This document shows, piece by piece, positions 1-12,335 of a DNA stretch of 64,000 bases; the first letter of the stretch is position 1, and each line of letters starts with the position of its first letter. The position numbers were made by a program, and so were the translations under genes. Under the pieces are notes generated by a model. It was given only the letters and a program-made list of their open reading frames with translations. It did no database searches and was not told the origin of the DNA. This DNA comes from Amphiscolops sp. MND2022 (Eukaryota): assembly GCA_964187785.1 (NCBI GenBank), contig OZ076409.1, positions 64,668,001-64,732,000 on the forward strand. The letters are read 5' to 3'.

Positions 1-73
1 TTGCTAAAGAAGATACGAATTTATCGTCTTAGATAAAGAACCATTTTTACCGTAATAGACCGAGATTACATCA
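1..73 (+). repeat. 3' end of LTR of Gypsy family A (cut by window edge)
   Basis: Matches 5720-5792 and 11435-11507; ends GATTACATCA (other copies TACAACA) directly before the PBS. Confidence 0.93.
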
Positions 74-91
74 TGGCGCAGTAGCAAGATT
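74..91 (+). promoter_or_regulatory. Primer-binding site, tRNA-Ser-like (TGGCGCAGTAGCAAGAT); second copy at 5793
   Basis: TGG abuts the LTR end and resembles the complement of invertebrate tRNA-Ser 3' ends (TGGCGCAGTCGGTAGGAT). The tRNA identity is from memory. Confidence 0.75.
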
Positions 92-132
92 TACTTTTAT
101 CCGTAAATCCAATTTTAACTGACCAATTACCA

Positions 133-3100
133 ATGACGACAACCAAGAGTAATATATTGCTACCATACCTTGAAGACACCGGACTCGATGGAAAAAAATT
201 ATACACCCCTAAAGAATGGACCGAACGATTACGGCATTACATAAAACGAATCCATGATATCGATATAAAACCGGCTTTATCCTGGGAAACAATGCCAACA
301 AGTAACGAATGGACAACAAAAGAACCGGAAATAAGACAAGATTTCATTTGGGGAGCAGGACCATCGGCAATAGAGACGATCACCAAAGGAGAATTCAACA
401 CAGATCCCGATACCATCAATACAGAAAGACTCGTCCAACTATTCAAAGACTATTACATGCCAAAGCGAAACACCTACCACAGCCGAGGAGATTTCTTCTG
501 GGCGAAACAAGAAGACAACGAAGCCCCGGAAGAACACTGGCGAAAATTAGTATCCCTCGAAAAGAACTGCGAATTCAAAGATATCAAACAAGAAGATCTA
601 CTAATATCAAAATTTATCACTAGTATTACCGATAAAAAACTACGGGAAAAACTCATGCGCGAAAAAACCCTGAATCTGAAAACTACCATGGATCTGGTAA
701 CCCAAGATAGTTATGAAAAGAGACACAAGCAATCAACAATACCACCAGCACTGGCGAAAGAAAAAGAAATAAAAGAAGAGCCCATACAGAAGATACAACC
801 ACGAAACTATCGGAAAAATACCGAAATAACAGCAAAAAACAACAACTACGGTTTCTGCGGACAGCAAAACTGGTCACCATCACACAAATGCCCGGCAAAA
901 ACGGCAGAATGCAACAATTGCCACAAAATGGGACACTTTGCAAGAGTTTGCCGGAGCAAAACCAATAAGAACACGAGAGAACAAAAAATCAACTACCTGG
1001 AAGAAACATACACCGAAGAAGAAGAAAGTGAACCAGAAGAAATACAACAAATCACGCAAATCAATAGAGTACTACCGGATGAAAATGACAACTACGGGAT
1101 TAAACTAAAAATTAACGGTAAATACCAAAATTTCACCATTGACACCGGCTCTCCAGTTACAATAATGCCAAACAACCCAGAACTCTACAACCAAAGAGAT
1201 ATAAAACCCCTGGAAGAAAGATACCAAGACGTAAACAAAAACGAAATCCAATTCCTCGGGAAAATATGGGCAGATATCGAATACAACGGAAAGACGACAA
1301 AATTACCAATCCTAATTACAAAAAGAAACGATATCACTCCATTATTAGGCGTGAACTGGTTGAAACAATTACCAATCACCATCAACAAAATTCAATTGGA
1401 CGAACCAACCAACCAATCAGAAACCATCTACGCGAAATTCAACAAACTATTCGAAACAAACCATACAATCAAAAATATAGAAGTGAAAATCCAAATAAAG
1501 CCAGGATGCTACCCATCCAGCAGAAAGCCAGACCGATACCGTACCATTTACAAAAAAGACGTAAAAAACGAACTGGACCGACTAATAAAATCCGGACACC
1601 TCGAACGATTAGAAAAAATCGAAGAAGATTGTTTTGTATCACCCGTTGTAATTACGGTAAAGAAAGACAAGACGGTAAAAATCGCGCTAGACGCCCAAAA
1701 ACTCAACGACAGCTGCGTAAAGAAAAGGCCACACATGCCAAATATGGAAGAACTATTAAATCAAATATCAGCCGAACTATCCAAAAACGACCGTGACCCA
1801 ATTTGGATATCCGTAGTAGACCTTGACTATGCATACGGACAAATGAAACTGGCCCCCGAGACAAGCAAACACTGCAACTTTGCAATGACAGGAGAGAAAA
1901 TAAATGGATATTACCGATTCTTAAAAGGATTCTACGGTCCCGCTGACATACCAACGGTTTTCCAAGAGAAAATAGACAGAACCCTGGGCCACCAAACACC
2001 AGTTTGGTTAGATGACATTATAATTGTCACACGCGGAACCAAAGAAGAACATACCCAAAAATTATATTCGGTACTAACAAAACTGGAAATTGAAGGCTAC
2101 AAAGCAAGCAAAAAGAAGTCAAAATTCTATCAAAAAGAAACAATATGGCTCGGACATACGATATCACAAGACGGAATCAGACCAAACAAAGAAAAGACAG
2201 ATACGATAAACAAATTAGAACCACCAACAAACGCCAAAGCATTAAAATCCTTCCTCGGAGCTATACAGTATTTTGCGAAATTCATACCGAATTTATCCGA
2301 GAAAACAGACAACATGAGACAACTACTCAAAAAAGGGACGAAATGGGAATGGACAACCGATCGAAATTCGGATTTCAACAAGATAAAACAAGAACTAACA
2401 TCATTACCCTGTTTGGCACATTACAACGGCAACAAAGAAAACATCGTCACAACCGACGCATGCAAAACCGGTTTGGGAATAGCACTCTGGCAAAAACAAG
2501 GCAACGGAGAACTAAAACCGATAGCATTTGCCAGCCGCTACCTAAACGACGCCGAAAAAAAATATTCCATCGGAGAACTAGAATTACTAGCCGTCGTATG
2601 GGGCTTGGAAAGATTTAGATTCCATTTATATGGCAAACAAGTCCAATTATTCTCGGACCATCAAGCACTAGAACCCCTCCTGAAGAGAAACAAGACAAAT
2701 AAACAATATAGTGCGCGACTAACACGATGGCTAGACAGATTGAACCACTTCGACATCTGTTTAAAACACACTGCCGGCAAAGAAATCAAATTCACAGATT
2801 TTATCAGCCGAAATCCCACCGAAAATCCAGAACCGGAAGAAAATTACGAAGAAGAATTTGTTATTAACGCCATCGCGCAACTAGCAACGGTAAACGCCCG
2901 AATAGGACGGATTTTCGACCAATCAGAAGACGCAACCACGGCAGCCGAAGCAAACATGCGTGATACGCGCTCGCTAATTGACACGCGACGCCACCAAACA
3001 AACAAAAGCCATATTGATTCTAATTACCGCATACAACAGCATTCATTCAATACTGACCGTATAAAAATGAATAACAATGAAAACAATACACGTTTCTTCC

Positions 3101-5622
3101 GCACAGACGGACAATTACGACACCATTGGGGTGCAGATGACGATATCATGGCTATTGTCAATGCAAGAGACAAATCACCCGAAACTACGGAACTCGTGAG
3201 GAGAAGAGTACAATTGGCGAGACCGGGTATAATGAGACCACACTTCAACAAGAATTTGGGCCGAGAAATTTACATACCGAGAAGACCGGAAGAAGATGAA
3301 AGAAGAGAAATAAAGCGAATCGACATTCAACTGAGACAAAAGATCAGAGAACAACACATCGGCGGAGGATATTTTCAAAACTTTGGGGACGACATTCCCC
3401 AGAGACAAAACACCGAACAACAACAAACCGAGAGAAATGAACCGGCACCAGGAAATGAAACCAACCGAGACACAGAATCCACCGTCTCAAACAACTCGGA
3501 GGAAGCAGTAGCCACCCACGAACCCGGAACTTACCCAGCAATACCAGTCCAAGAATACAGAGACGGGCCAATCGAAGAAATTGCCGTACACTACGTGAGA
3601 ATTAATCGCGTAGTTGAAGAAAAACCGAAGCGCAACAGACAACAAGAAGACAACGTCAGATCGGCAGAACTAGATTTCATGCTAGACTTGGAAACGATAA
3701 TCAATGAGACGGCCGCTGACCCCGATCTCATCGAATTAAACTGCTGCATCGAGGACAACAAATTGGATCAAATTCCGCAGAACTACAAAACTGTAGCCAA
3801 GAAATTGACATACCGTTGGGGCATTATATTGGTTGATGACCGCATCGTAATCCCAAAATCATTACGCTACGCAGCACTCAATGCACTACATTTTGGACAC
3901 CCCGGGATACACAAAATGTACAACGACGCGGCAATATTCTGGTGGCCGAACATGCGGGAAGATAATGAAAAGAAATCAAAAACCTGCTCAGCCTGCCTCA
4001 ACGCTGGTAAGAACCTAAAATTCCAAATACCCCAAACCGAAAAATCAAAAATCGAACCGCCAAAAACACCTGGCGAAGAAATACAAATTGACTTTACGGG
4101 AAATCTCAACAATAAAAAACTGCAAAGCAATCCGTTCATACTAATTGCGGTGGATAAAAATAGCCGATGGCCCGTAGCAAAAATATGTAAAAATACGAAC
4201 CACGAAACCGTAATTTCATTTCTGAATGAATATATAAATGTATACGGAGTACCGAAACAAATAAAGTTGGACAAAGGCGGCGCCTTTATTTCTAAAGAAT
4301 ACATAGAATACTGCAAGACGCACAATATCAACCGCGTATACGGTACGGCAAACCTACATACTGGCACCGGATTGGTCGAGCGCACAATCCAATCGTTGAA
4401 GAATTTAACTCTGGCAAATTTAGAAGACAACCAAAATCTTCGTGAAAGCGTAAATAGAGCATTATACGTCCTAAGATTTACAATACACTCAGAAACAAAG
4501 AAAACCCCGTTTGAATTGCACTTCGGACGGAGACCAAGAACCAAACTGTCTAACTTAAAAAATTCTATTTCAGTGGATTCCAAGGATCTCTCGGTGTACA
4601 TCACCAGAAATTCAACCGGACAAATCACGGATCATCTGGTAATGTCAAAGAAAAAGATAGCCGAACCAAGATACAAACGAGGGATGACATTCTCCCAAAC
4701 AAAAAAACCGACCAGTGCGGTAAGTAAATTTGAATATCCTTTCAAATTCTACGAAAAAAACCACAAAAAAGGATCCATGGAAAGTAAATTCAAAAATAAA
4801 GTACAAACCGCTGTATCGGGAACAAGACACACCGTGACAACGGATAAAAATAAAGTTATCCACAGGAAATTAATATCCAACCCGCTACCATTTCAGCAAA
4901 CAACAACACCGGCAAAGAAAATCAACACCCGCCAAAACACCGCAGACCAACCCACCTGCTCCAAAACACTGGACAATGCAACCACCAGCGGAGCACCCTG
5001 CATCTACAGCAGGAGAGAAACACCGAAGAACACCGCAAACTACGAAATAAGCGAGGACTGGTCGAAAAGAAAGGAAATACCCAGAAACAACAAGGGACAA
5101 TTTACTTCACCAAACAAAAACACAGAAAACTTAAACCTGAGCATCATATCTGACGACGACGACTTCGAATGTTACAATAAAGCGGAAGGAAAACCGATAC
5201 AAGTCAACATCGAAGATGAACTTCAACTCCACCCGAAGGAAACTAACTTGACACCGGAACAAGGTAGCTATAAAAGAAAAAATAGAACAGAAAAACCGAT
5301 AGAACCGGTCAGAAGATCCAATAGACTACCTTTTGCAAAACAAACCGAAAAATTAGGCGGGATACCGTACCACATTAGTAACAGTAAGAAAAAATTAACT
5401 AACCACGGTAATCTATTACAAGAAACAACAGCGGAAACAGCGGAGAGAAATGAGACGGAGAATGACCGTCCTATGCGGCAAAACAATGAAGAAATCCGTA
5501 CCATACGGCCATTGCAACAAACCCCCATTGGACAACTCCGAAGAGGGAGGAATGTGATATCATGCAGATATCATGACCTTCAAAACTATGAACCTAGACA
5601 GAGAGCATACTATTGTTGTTAA
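133..5622 (+). CDS. gag-pol: Single-ORF Gag-Pol polyprotein, 1829 aa (gag, two Zn knuckles, protease, RT, RNase H, integrase)
   Basis: CNNCHKMGHFARVC knuckle; IDTGS protease; VDLDYAY and WLDD in RT; TDAC...ELLAV...FSDH RNase H; HFGHPG...CSAC and IDF...DKGG...LVER integrase. The stop codon lies inside the 3' LTR. Confidence 0.93.
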   Translation: MTTTKSNILLPYLEDTGLDGKKLYTPKEWTERLRHYIKRIHDIDIKPALSWETMPTSNEWTTKEPEIRQDFIWGAGPSAIETITKGEFNTDPDTINTERLVQLFKDYYMPKRNTYHSRGDFFWAKQEDNEAPEEHWRKLVSLEKNCEFKDIKQEDLLISKFITSITDKKLREKLMREKTLNLKTTMDLVTQDSYEKRHKQSTIPPALAKEKEIKEEPIQKIQPRNYRKNTEITAKNNNYGFCGQQNWSPSHKCPAKTAECNNCHKMGHFARVCRSKTNKNTREQKINYLEETYTEEEESEPEEIQQITQINRVLPDENDNYGIKLKINGKYQNFTIDTGSPVTIMPNNPELYNQRDIKPLEERYQDVNKNEIQFLGKIWADIEYNGKTTKLPILITKRNDITPLLGVNWLKQLPITINKIQLDEPTNQSETIYAKFNKLFETNHTIKNIEVKIQIKPGCYPSSRKPDRYRTIYKKDVKNELDRLIKSGHLERLEKIEEDCFVSPVVITVKKDKTVKIALDAQKLNDSCVKKRPHMPNMEELLNQISAELSKNDRDPIWISVVDLDYAYGQMKLAPETSKHCNFAMTGEKINGYYRFLKGFYGPADIPTVFQEKIDRTLGHQTPVWLDDIIIVTRGTKEEHTQKLYSVLTKLEIEGYKASKKKSKFYQKETIWLGHTISQDGIRPNKEKTDTINKLEPPTNAKALKSFLGAIQYFAKFIPNLSEKTDNMRQLLKKGTKWEWTTDRNSDFNKIKQELTSLPCLAHYNGNKENIVTTDACKTGLGIALWQKQGNGELKPIAFASRYLNDAEKKYSIGELELLAVVWGLERFRFHLYGKQVQLFSDHQALEPLLKRNKTNKQYSARLTRWLDRLNHFDICLKHTAGKEIKFTDFISRNPTENPEPEENYEEEFVINAIAQLATVNARIGRIFDQSEDATTAAEANMRDTRSLIDTRRHQTNKSHIDSNYRIQQHSFNTDRIKMNNNENNTRFFRTDGQLRHHWGADDDIMAIVNARDKSPETTELVRRRVQLARPGIMRPHFNKNLGREIYIPRRPEEDERREIKRIDIQLRQKIREQHIGGGYFQNFGDDIPQRQNTEQQQTERNEPAPGNETNRDTESTVSNNSEEAVATHEPGTYPAIPVQEYRDGPIEEIAVHYVRINRVVEEKPKRNRQQEDNVRSAELDFMLDLETIINETAADPDLIELNCCIEDNKLDQIPQNYKTVAKKLTYRWGIILVDDRIVIPKSLRYAALNALHFGHPGIHKMYNDAAIFWWPNMREDNEKKSKTCSACLNAGKNLKFQIPQTEKSKIEPPKTPGEEIQIDFTGNLNNKKLQSNPFILIAVDKNSRWPVAKICKNTNHETVISFLNEYINVYGVPKQIKLDKGGAFISKEYIEYCKTHNINRVYGTANLHTGTGLVERTIQSLKNLTLANLEDNQNLRESVNRALYVLRFTIHSETKKTPFELHFGRRPRTKLSNLKNSISVDSKDLSVYITRNSTGQITDHLVMSKKKIAEPRYKRGMTFSQTKKPTSAVSKFEYPFKFYEKNHKKGSMESKFKNKVQTAVSGTRHTVTTDKNKVIHRKLISNPLPFQQTTTPAKKINTRQNTADQPTCSKTLDNATTSGAPCIYSRRETPKNTANYEISEDWSKRKEIPRNNKGQFTSPNKNTENLNLSIISDDDDFECYNKAEGKPIQVNIEDELQLHPKETNLTPEQGSYKRKNRTEKPIEPVRRSNRLPFAKQTEKLGGIPYHISNSKKKLTNHGNLLQETTAETAERNETENDRPMRQNNEEIRTIRPLQQTPIGQLRRGRNVISCRYHDLQNYEPRQRAYYCC
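5540..5552 (+). promoter_or_regulatory. Polypurine tract (GAAGAGGGAGGAA); second copy at 11255-11267
   Basis: Purine run immediately before the TGT start of the LTR. Confidence 0.85.
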
Positions 5623-5792
5623 ACATAAAACTCTAATTACTGTCAATTTGAGTTTACTACATTTTGTGTTGTACAATAGAGTATTGACCATTGTACTTAA
5701 GATTGATGCTGTAGATTAGTTGCTAAAGAAGATACGAATTTATCGTCTTAGATAAAGAACCATTTTTACCGTAATAGACCGATATTACAACA
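5553..5792 (+). repeat. Shared central LTR, 240 bp
   Basis: TGTGATATC...TACAACA, flanked by a PPT upstream and a PBS downstream. Confidence 0.95.
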
Positions 5793-5851
5793 TGGCGCAG
5801 TAGCAAGATTTACTTTTATCCGTAAATCCAATTTTAACCGACCAATTACCA

Positions 5852-8800
5852 ATGACGACAACCAAGAGTAATATATTGCTACCATACCTTGAAGACACCG
5901 GACTCGATGGAAAAAAATTATACACCCCTAAAGAATGGACCGAACGATTACGGCATTACATAAAACGAATCCATGATATCGATATAAAACCGGCTTTATC
6001 CCGGGAAACAATGCCAACAAGTAACGAATGGACAACAAAAGAACCGGAAATAAGACAAGATTTCATTTGGGGAGCAGGACCATCGGCAATAGAGACGATC
6101 ACCAAAAGAGAATTCAACACAGATCCCGATACCATCAATACAGAAAGACTCGTCCAACTATTCAAAGACTATTACATGCCAAAGCGAAACACCTACCACA
6201 GCCGAGGAGATTTCTTCTGGGCGAAACAAGAAGACAACGAAACCCCGGAAGAACACTGGCGAAAATTAGTATCCCTCGAAAAGAACTGCGAATTCAAAGA
6301 TATCAAACAAGAAGATCTACTAATATCAAAATTTATCACTAGTATTACCGATAAAAAACTACGGGAAAAACTCATGCGCGAAAAAACCCTGAATCTAAAA
6401 ACTACCATGGATCTGGTAACCCAAGATAGTTATGGAAAGAGACACAAGCAATCAACAATACCACCAGCACTGGCGAAAGAAAAAGAAATAAAAGAAGAGC
6501 CCATACAGAAGATACAACCACGAAACTATCGGAAAAATACCGAAATAACAGCAAAAAACAACAACTGCGGGTTCTGCGGACAGCAAAACTGGTCACCATC
6601 ACACAAATGCCCGGCAAAAACGGCAGAATGCAACAATTGCCACAAAATGGGGCGCTTTGCAAGAGTTTGCCGGAGCAAAACCAATAAGAACACGAGAAAA
6701 CAAAAAATCAACTACCTGGAAGAAACATACACCGATAAGAAGAAAGTGAACCAGAAGAAATACAACAAATCACGCAAATCAATAGAGTACTACCGGATGA
6801 AAATGACAACTACGGGATTAAACTAAAAATTAACGGCAAATACCGAAATTTCATCATTGACACCGGCTCTCCAGTTACAATAATGCCAAACAACCTAGAA
6901 CTCTACAACCAAAGAGATATAAAACCCCTGAAAGAAAGATACCAAGACGTAAACAAAAACGAAATCCAATTCCTCGGGAAAATATGGGCCGATATCGAAT
7001 ACAACGGAAAGCCGACAAAATTACCAATCCTAATTACAAAAAGAAACGATATCACTCCATTATTAGACGTGAACTGGTTGAAACAATTACCAATCACCAT
7101 CAACAAAATTCAATTGGACGAACCAACCAACCAATCAGAAACCATCTACGCGAAATTCAACAAACTATTCGAAACAAACCATACAATCAAAAATATAGAA
7201 GTGAAAATCCAAATAAAGCCAGGATGCTACCCCATCCAACAGAAAGCCAGACCGATACCGTACCATTTACAAAAAGACGTAAAAAACGAACTGGACCGAC
7301 TAATAAAATCCGGACACCTCGAACGATTAGAAACAATCGAAGAAGATTGTTTTGTATCACCCGTTGTAATTACGGTAAAGAAAGACAAGACGGTGAAAAT
7401 CGCACTAGACGCCCGAAAACTCAACGACAGCTGCGTAAAGAAAAGGCCACACATGCCAAATATGGAAGAACTATTATATCAAATATCAGCCGAACTATCC
7501 AAAAACGACCGTGACCCAATTTGGATATCCGTAGTAGACCTTGACTATGCATACGGACAAATGAAACTGGCCCCCGAGACAAGCAAACACTGCAACTTTG
7601 CAATGACAGGAGAGAAAATAAACGGATATTACCGATTCTGAAAAGGATTTTACGGTCCCGCTGACATACCAACGATTTTCCAAGAGAAAATAGACAGAAC
7701 CTTGGGCCACCAAACACCAGTTTGGTTAGATGACATTATAATTGTCACACGCGGAACCAAAGAAGAACATACCCAAAAATTATATTCGGTACTAACAAAA
7801 CTGGAAAATGAAGGCTACAAAGCAAGCAAAAAGAAGTCAAAATTCTATCAAAAAGAAACAATATGGCTCGGACATACGATATCACAAGACGGAATCAGAC
7901 CAAACAAAGAAAAGACAGATACGATAAACAAATTAGAACCACCAACAAACGCCAAAGCATTAAAATCCTTCCTCGGAGCTATACAGTATTTTGCGAAATT
8001 CATACCGAATTTATCCGAGAAAACAGACAACATGAGACAACTACTCAAAAAAGGGACGAAATGGGAATGGACAACCGATCGAAATTCGGATTTCAACAAG
8101 ATAAAACAAGAACTAACATCATTACCCTGTTTGGCACATTACAACGGCAACAAAGAAAACATCGTCACAACCGACGCATGCAAAACCGGTTTGGGAATAG
8201 CACTCTGGCAAAAACAAGGCAACGGAGAACTAAAACCGATAGCATTTGCCAGCCGCTACCTAAACGACGCCGAAAAAAATATTCCATCGGAGAACTAGAA
8301 TTACTAGCCGTCGTATGGGGCTTGGAAAGATTTAGATTCCATTTATATGGCAAACAAGTCCAATTATTCTCGGACCATCAAGCACTAGAACCCCTCCTGA
8401 AGAGAAACAAGACAAATAAACAATATAGTGCGCGACTAACACGATGGCTAGACAGATTGAACCACTTCGACATCTGTTTAAAACATCTGCCGGCAAAGAA
8501 ATCAAATTCACAGATTTTATCAGCCGAAATCCCACCGAAAATCCAGAACCGGAAGAAAATTACGAAGAAGAATTTGTTATTAACGCCATCGCGCAACTAG
8601 CAACGGTAAACGCCCGAATAGGACGGATTTTCGACCAATCAGAAGACGCAACCACAGCAGCCGAAGCAAACATGCGTGATACGCGCTCGCTAATTGACAC
8701 GCGACGCCACCAAACAAACAAAAGCCATATTGATTCTAATTACCGCATACAACAGCATTCATTCAATACTGACCGTATAAAAATGAATAACAATGAAAAC

Positions 8801-11337
8801 AATACACGTTTCTTCCGCACAGACGGACAATTACGACACCATTGGGGTGCAGATGACGATATCATGGCTATTATCAATGCAAGAGACAAATCACCCGAAA
8901 CTACGGAACTCGTGAGAAGAAGAGTACAATTGGCGAGACCGGGTATAATGAGACCACACTTCAACAAGAATTTGGGCCGAGAAATTTACATACCGAGAAG
9001 ACCGGAAGAAGATGAAAGAAGAGAAATAAAGCGAATCGACATTCAACTGAGACAAAAGATCAGAGAACAACACATCGGCGGAGGATATTTTCAAAACTTT
9101 AGGGACGACATTCCCCAGAGACAAAACACCGAACAACAACAAACCGAGAGAAAAGAACCGGCACCAGGAAATGAAACCAACCGAGACACAGAATCCACCG
9201 TCTCAAACAACTCGGAGGAAGCAGTAGCCACCCACGAACCCGGAACTTACCCAGCAATACCAGTCCAAGAATACAGAGACGGGCCAATCGAAGAAATTGC
9301 CGTACACTACGTGAGAATTAATCTCGTAGTTGAAGAAAAACCGAAGCGCAACAGACAACAAGAAGACAACGTCAGATCGGCAGAACTAGATTTCATGCTA
9401 GACTTGGAAACGATAATCAAAGAGACGGCCGCTGACCCCGATCTCATCGAATTAAACTGCTGCATCGAGGACAACAAATTGGATCAAATTCCGCAGAACT
9501 ACAAAACTGTAGCCAAGAAATTGACATACCGTTGGGGCATTATATTGGTTGATGACCGCATCGTAATCCCAAAATCATTACGCTACGCAGCACTCAATGC
9601 ACTACATTTTGGACACCCCGGGATAAACAAAATGTACAACGACGCGGCAATATTCTGGTGGCCGAACATGCGGGAAGATATTGAAAAGAAATCAAAAACC
9701 TGCTCAGCCTGCCTCAACGCTGGTAAGAACCTAAAATTCCAAATACCCCAAACCGAAAAATCAAAAATCGAACCGCCAAAAACACCTGGCGAAGAAATAC
9801 AAATTGACTTTACGGGAAATCTCAACAATAAAAAACTGTAAAGCAATCCGTTCATACTAATTGCGGTGGATAAAAATAGCCGATGGCCCGTAGCAAAAAT
9901 ATGTGAAAATACGAACCACGAAACCGTAATTTCATTTCTGAATGAATATATAAATGTATACGGAGTACCGAAACAAATAAAGTCGGACAAAGGCGGCGCC
10001 TTTATTTCTAAAGAATACATAGAATACTGCAAGACGCACAATATCAACCGCGTATACGGTACGGCAAACCTACATACTGGCACCGGATTGGTCGAGCGCA
10101 CAATCCAATCGTTGAAGAATTTAACTCTTGCAATTTTAGAAGACAACCAAAATCTTCGTGAAAGCGTAAATAGAGCATTATACGTCCTAAGATTTACAAT
10201 ACACTCAGAAACAAAGAAAACCCCGTTTGAATTGCATTTCGGACGGACACCAAGAACCAAACTGTCTAACTTAAAAAATTCTATTTCAGTGGATTCCAAG
10301 GATCTCTCGGTGAACATCACCAGAAATTCAACCGGACAAATCACGGATCATCTGGTAATGTCAAAGAAAAAGACAGCCGAACCAAGATACAAACGAGGGA
10401 TGACATTCTCCCAAACAAAAAAACCGACCAGTGCAGTAAGTAAAATTTAATATCCTTTCAAATTTTACGAAAAAAACCACAAAAAGGATCCATGGAAAGT
10501 AAATTCAAAAATAAAGTACAAACCGCTGTATCGGGAACAAGACACACCGTGACAACGGATAAAAATAAAGTTATCCACAGGAAATTAATATCCAACCCGC
10601 TACCATTTCAGCAAACAACAACACCGGCAAAGAAAATCAACACCCGCCAAAACACCGCAGACCAACCCACCTGCTCCAAAACACTGGACAATGCAACCAC
10701 CAGCGGAGCACCCTGCATCTACAGCAGGAAAGAAACACCGAAGAACACCGCAAACTACGAAAGAAGCGAGGACTGGTCGAAAAGAAAGGAAATACCCAGA
10801 AACAACAAGGGACAATTTACTTCACCAAACAAAAACACAGAAAACTTAAACCTGAGCATCATATCTGACGACGACGACTTCGAATGTTACAATAAAGCGG
10901 AAGGAAAACCGATACAAGTCAACATCGAAGATGAACTTCAACTCCACCCGAAGGAAACTAACTTGACACCGGAACAAGGTAGCTATAAAAGCAAAAATAG
11001 AACAGAAAAACCGATAGAACCGGTCAGAAGATCCAATAGACTACCTTTTGCAAAACAAACCGAAAAATTAGGCGGGATACCGTACCACATTAGTAACAAT
11101 AAGAAAAAATTAACTAACCACGGTAATCTATTACAGGAAACAACAGCGGAAACAGCGGAGAGAAATGAGACGGAGAATGACCGTCCTATGCGGCAAAACA
11201 ATGAAGAAATCCGTACCATACGGCCATTGCAACAAACCCCCATTGGACAACTCCGAAGAGGGGGGAATGTGATATCATGCAGATATCATGACCTTCAAAA
11301 CTATGAACCTAGACAGAGAGCATACTATTGTTGTTGA
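5852..11337 (+). pseudogene. gag-pol: Disrupted gag-pol of the second tandem copy
   Basis: Near-identical to 133-5622, with 1-nt deletions (about 6735, 8278, 8486, 10485) and stops at 7639 (TTA>TGA), 9839 (CAA>TAA) and 10448 (GAA>TAA). Confidence 0.93.
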
Positions 11338-11507
11338 ACATAAAACTCTAATTACTGTCAATTTGAGTTTACTACATTTTGTGTTGTACAATAGAGTATT
11401 GACCATTGTACTTAAGATTGATGCTATAGATTAGTTGCTAAAGAAGATACGAATTTATCGTCTTAGATAAAGAACCATTTTTACCGTAATAGACCGAGAT
11501 TACAACA
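11268..11507 (+). repeat. 3' LTR, 240 bp
   Basis: About 3 substitutions versus the central LTR; followed by unrelated sequence ATTAT (candidate TSD half). Confidence 0.95.
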
Positions 11508-12335
11508 ATTATCAGTGTCATTGATCCAGTGGGTCAAGAGAACATGTATCTTCCTCGGGGTGTACATGAACACTCCTTGTTCTGACTGGCTGCTGTCCAG
11601 TGCAACCGTGAGGAAGTGTTCCATGATTCTCTTGGCCTCCGAGTTGGGCACATAACTAAGGTGCGAACCACGACATCATCTAACAAAGTTTACTTGAAAC
11701 TTCATGCCACAACCCCACAGTTGTGCTGGTACTGTTGGGCAACTGTGAAGGAGAATGAAGAATCTAGCCCTAGAGAGAAACCAAGCTGTTTAAGAACCTG
11801 AAAACTGTCGAACTTTCGACCCCTCCCCCCGCCAATTTTCTCTGAATTGTTTCAATTAAAAGTTAAAAGTTGTCATGTGAATATTGAATTCTGTATCTTC
11901 TGAAACGGGTGGACAATGAACATAACTTACAATGCACCAGTAGTTTTTTGACCTTTTCTTGTTCTAAATGAACGATAATGAGTCAAAAGTTTTGGGTTTA
12001 TATTGGTGTTTTGTTTAAATTTGAAATGATGTCGTAAAGAAAGTACCAATTATGCGTCACCATACAGAACCGGTAGTGATGAGAGTACGTCACTATTCGG
12101 AATTTGACTCATATTATATGCGGCACTTAGCTTTTAATATTTGATGATTATACGTCACCCTGCAGAAATCTTAGTGATGTATATTACTACGGTTTTCCAG
12201 GGTTTTGTTTTTCATTTTCCGCCCACAAAGAATGGGAGAGGAAAACCATAATCTGTGTTGCGTTTATCTTCCAAATTCTGCAAAATCTCCTCCGAGGTCC
12301 TCAATCGACTTCACTACTTGACTATTTTATAAAGC

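Larger units (their letters stand above)
1..11507 (+). mobile_element. Tandem Ty3/Gypsy (Mag-like) LTR retrotransposon: LTR-internal-LTR-internal-LTR
   Basis: Two near-identical internal regions at a period of about 5719 bp separated by one LTR; PBS after LTR1 and LTR2, PPT before LTR2 and LTR3; domain order PR-RT-RH-IN. Confidence 0.95.

Noticed and set aside
3867..4628. 253-aa antisense ORF, also at 9583-10344
   Set aside because: Shadow of the A-rich integrase frame; its presence in both copies only reflects their near identity.
5553..5789. Shorter LTR boundary ending at GATATTACA, which gives a better inverted repeat
   Set aside because: LTR identity extends through a further ACA, and the TSDs of families B and C place the end after TACAACA.
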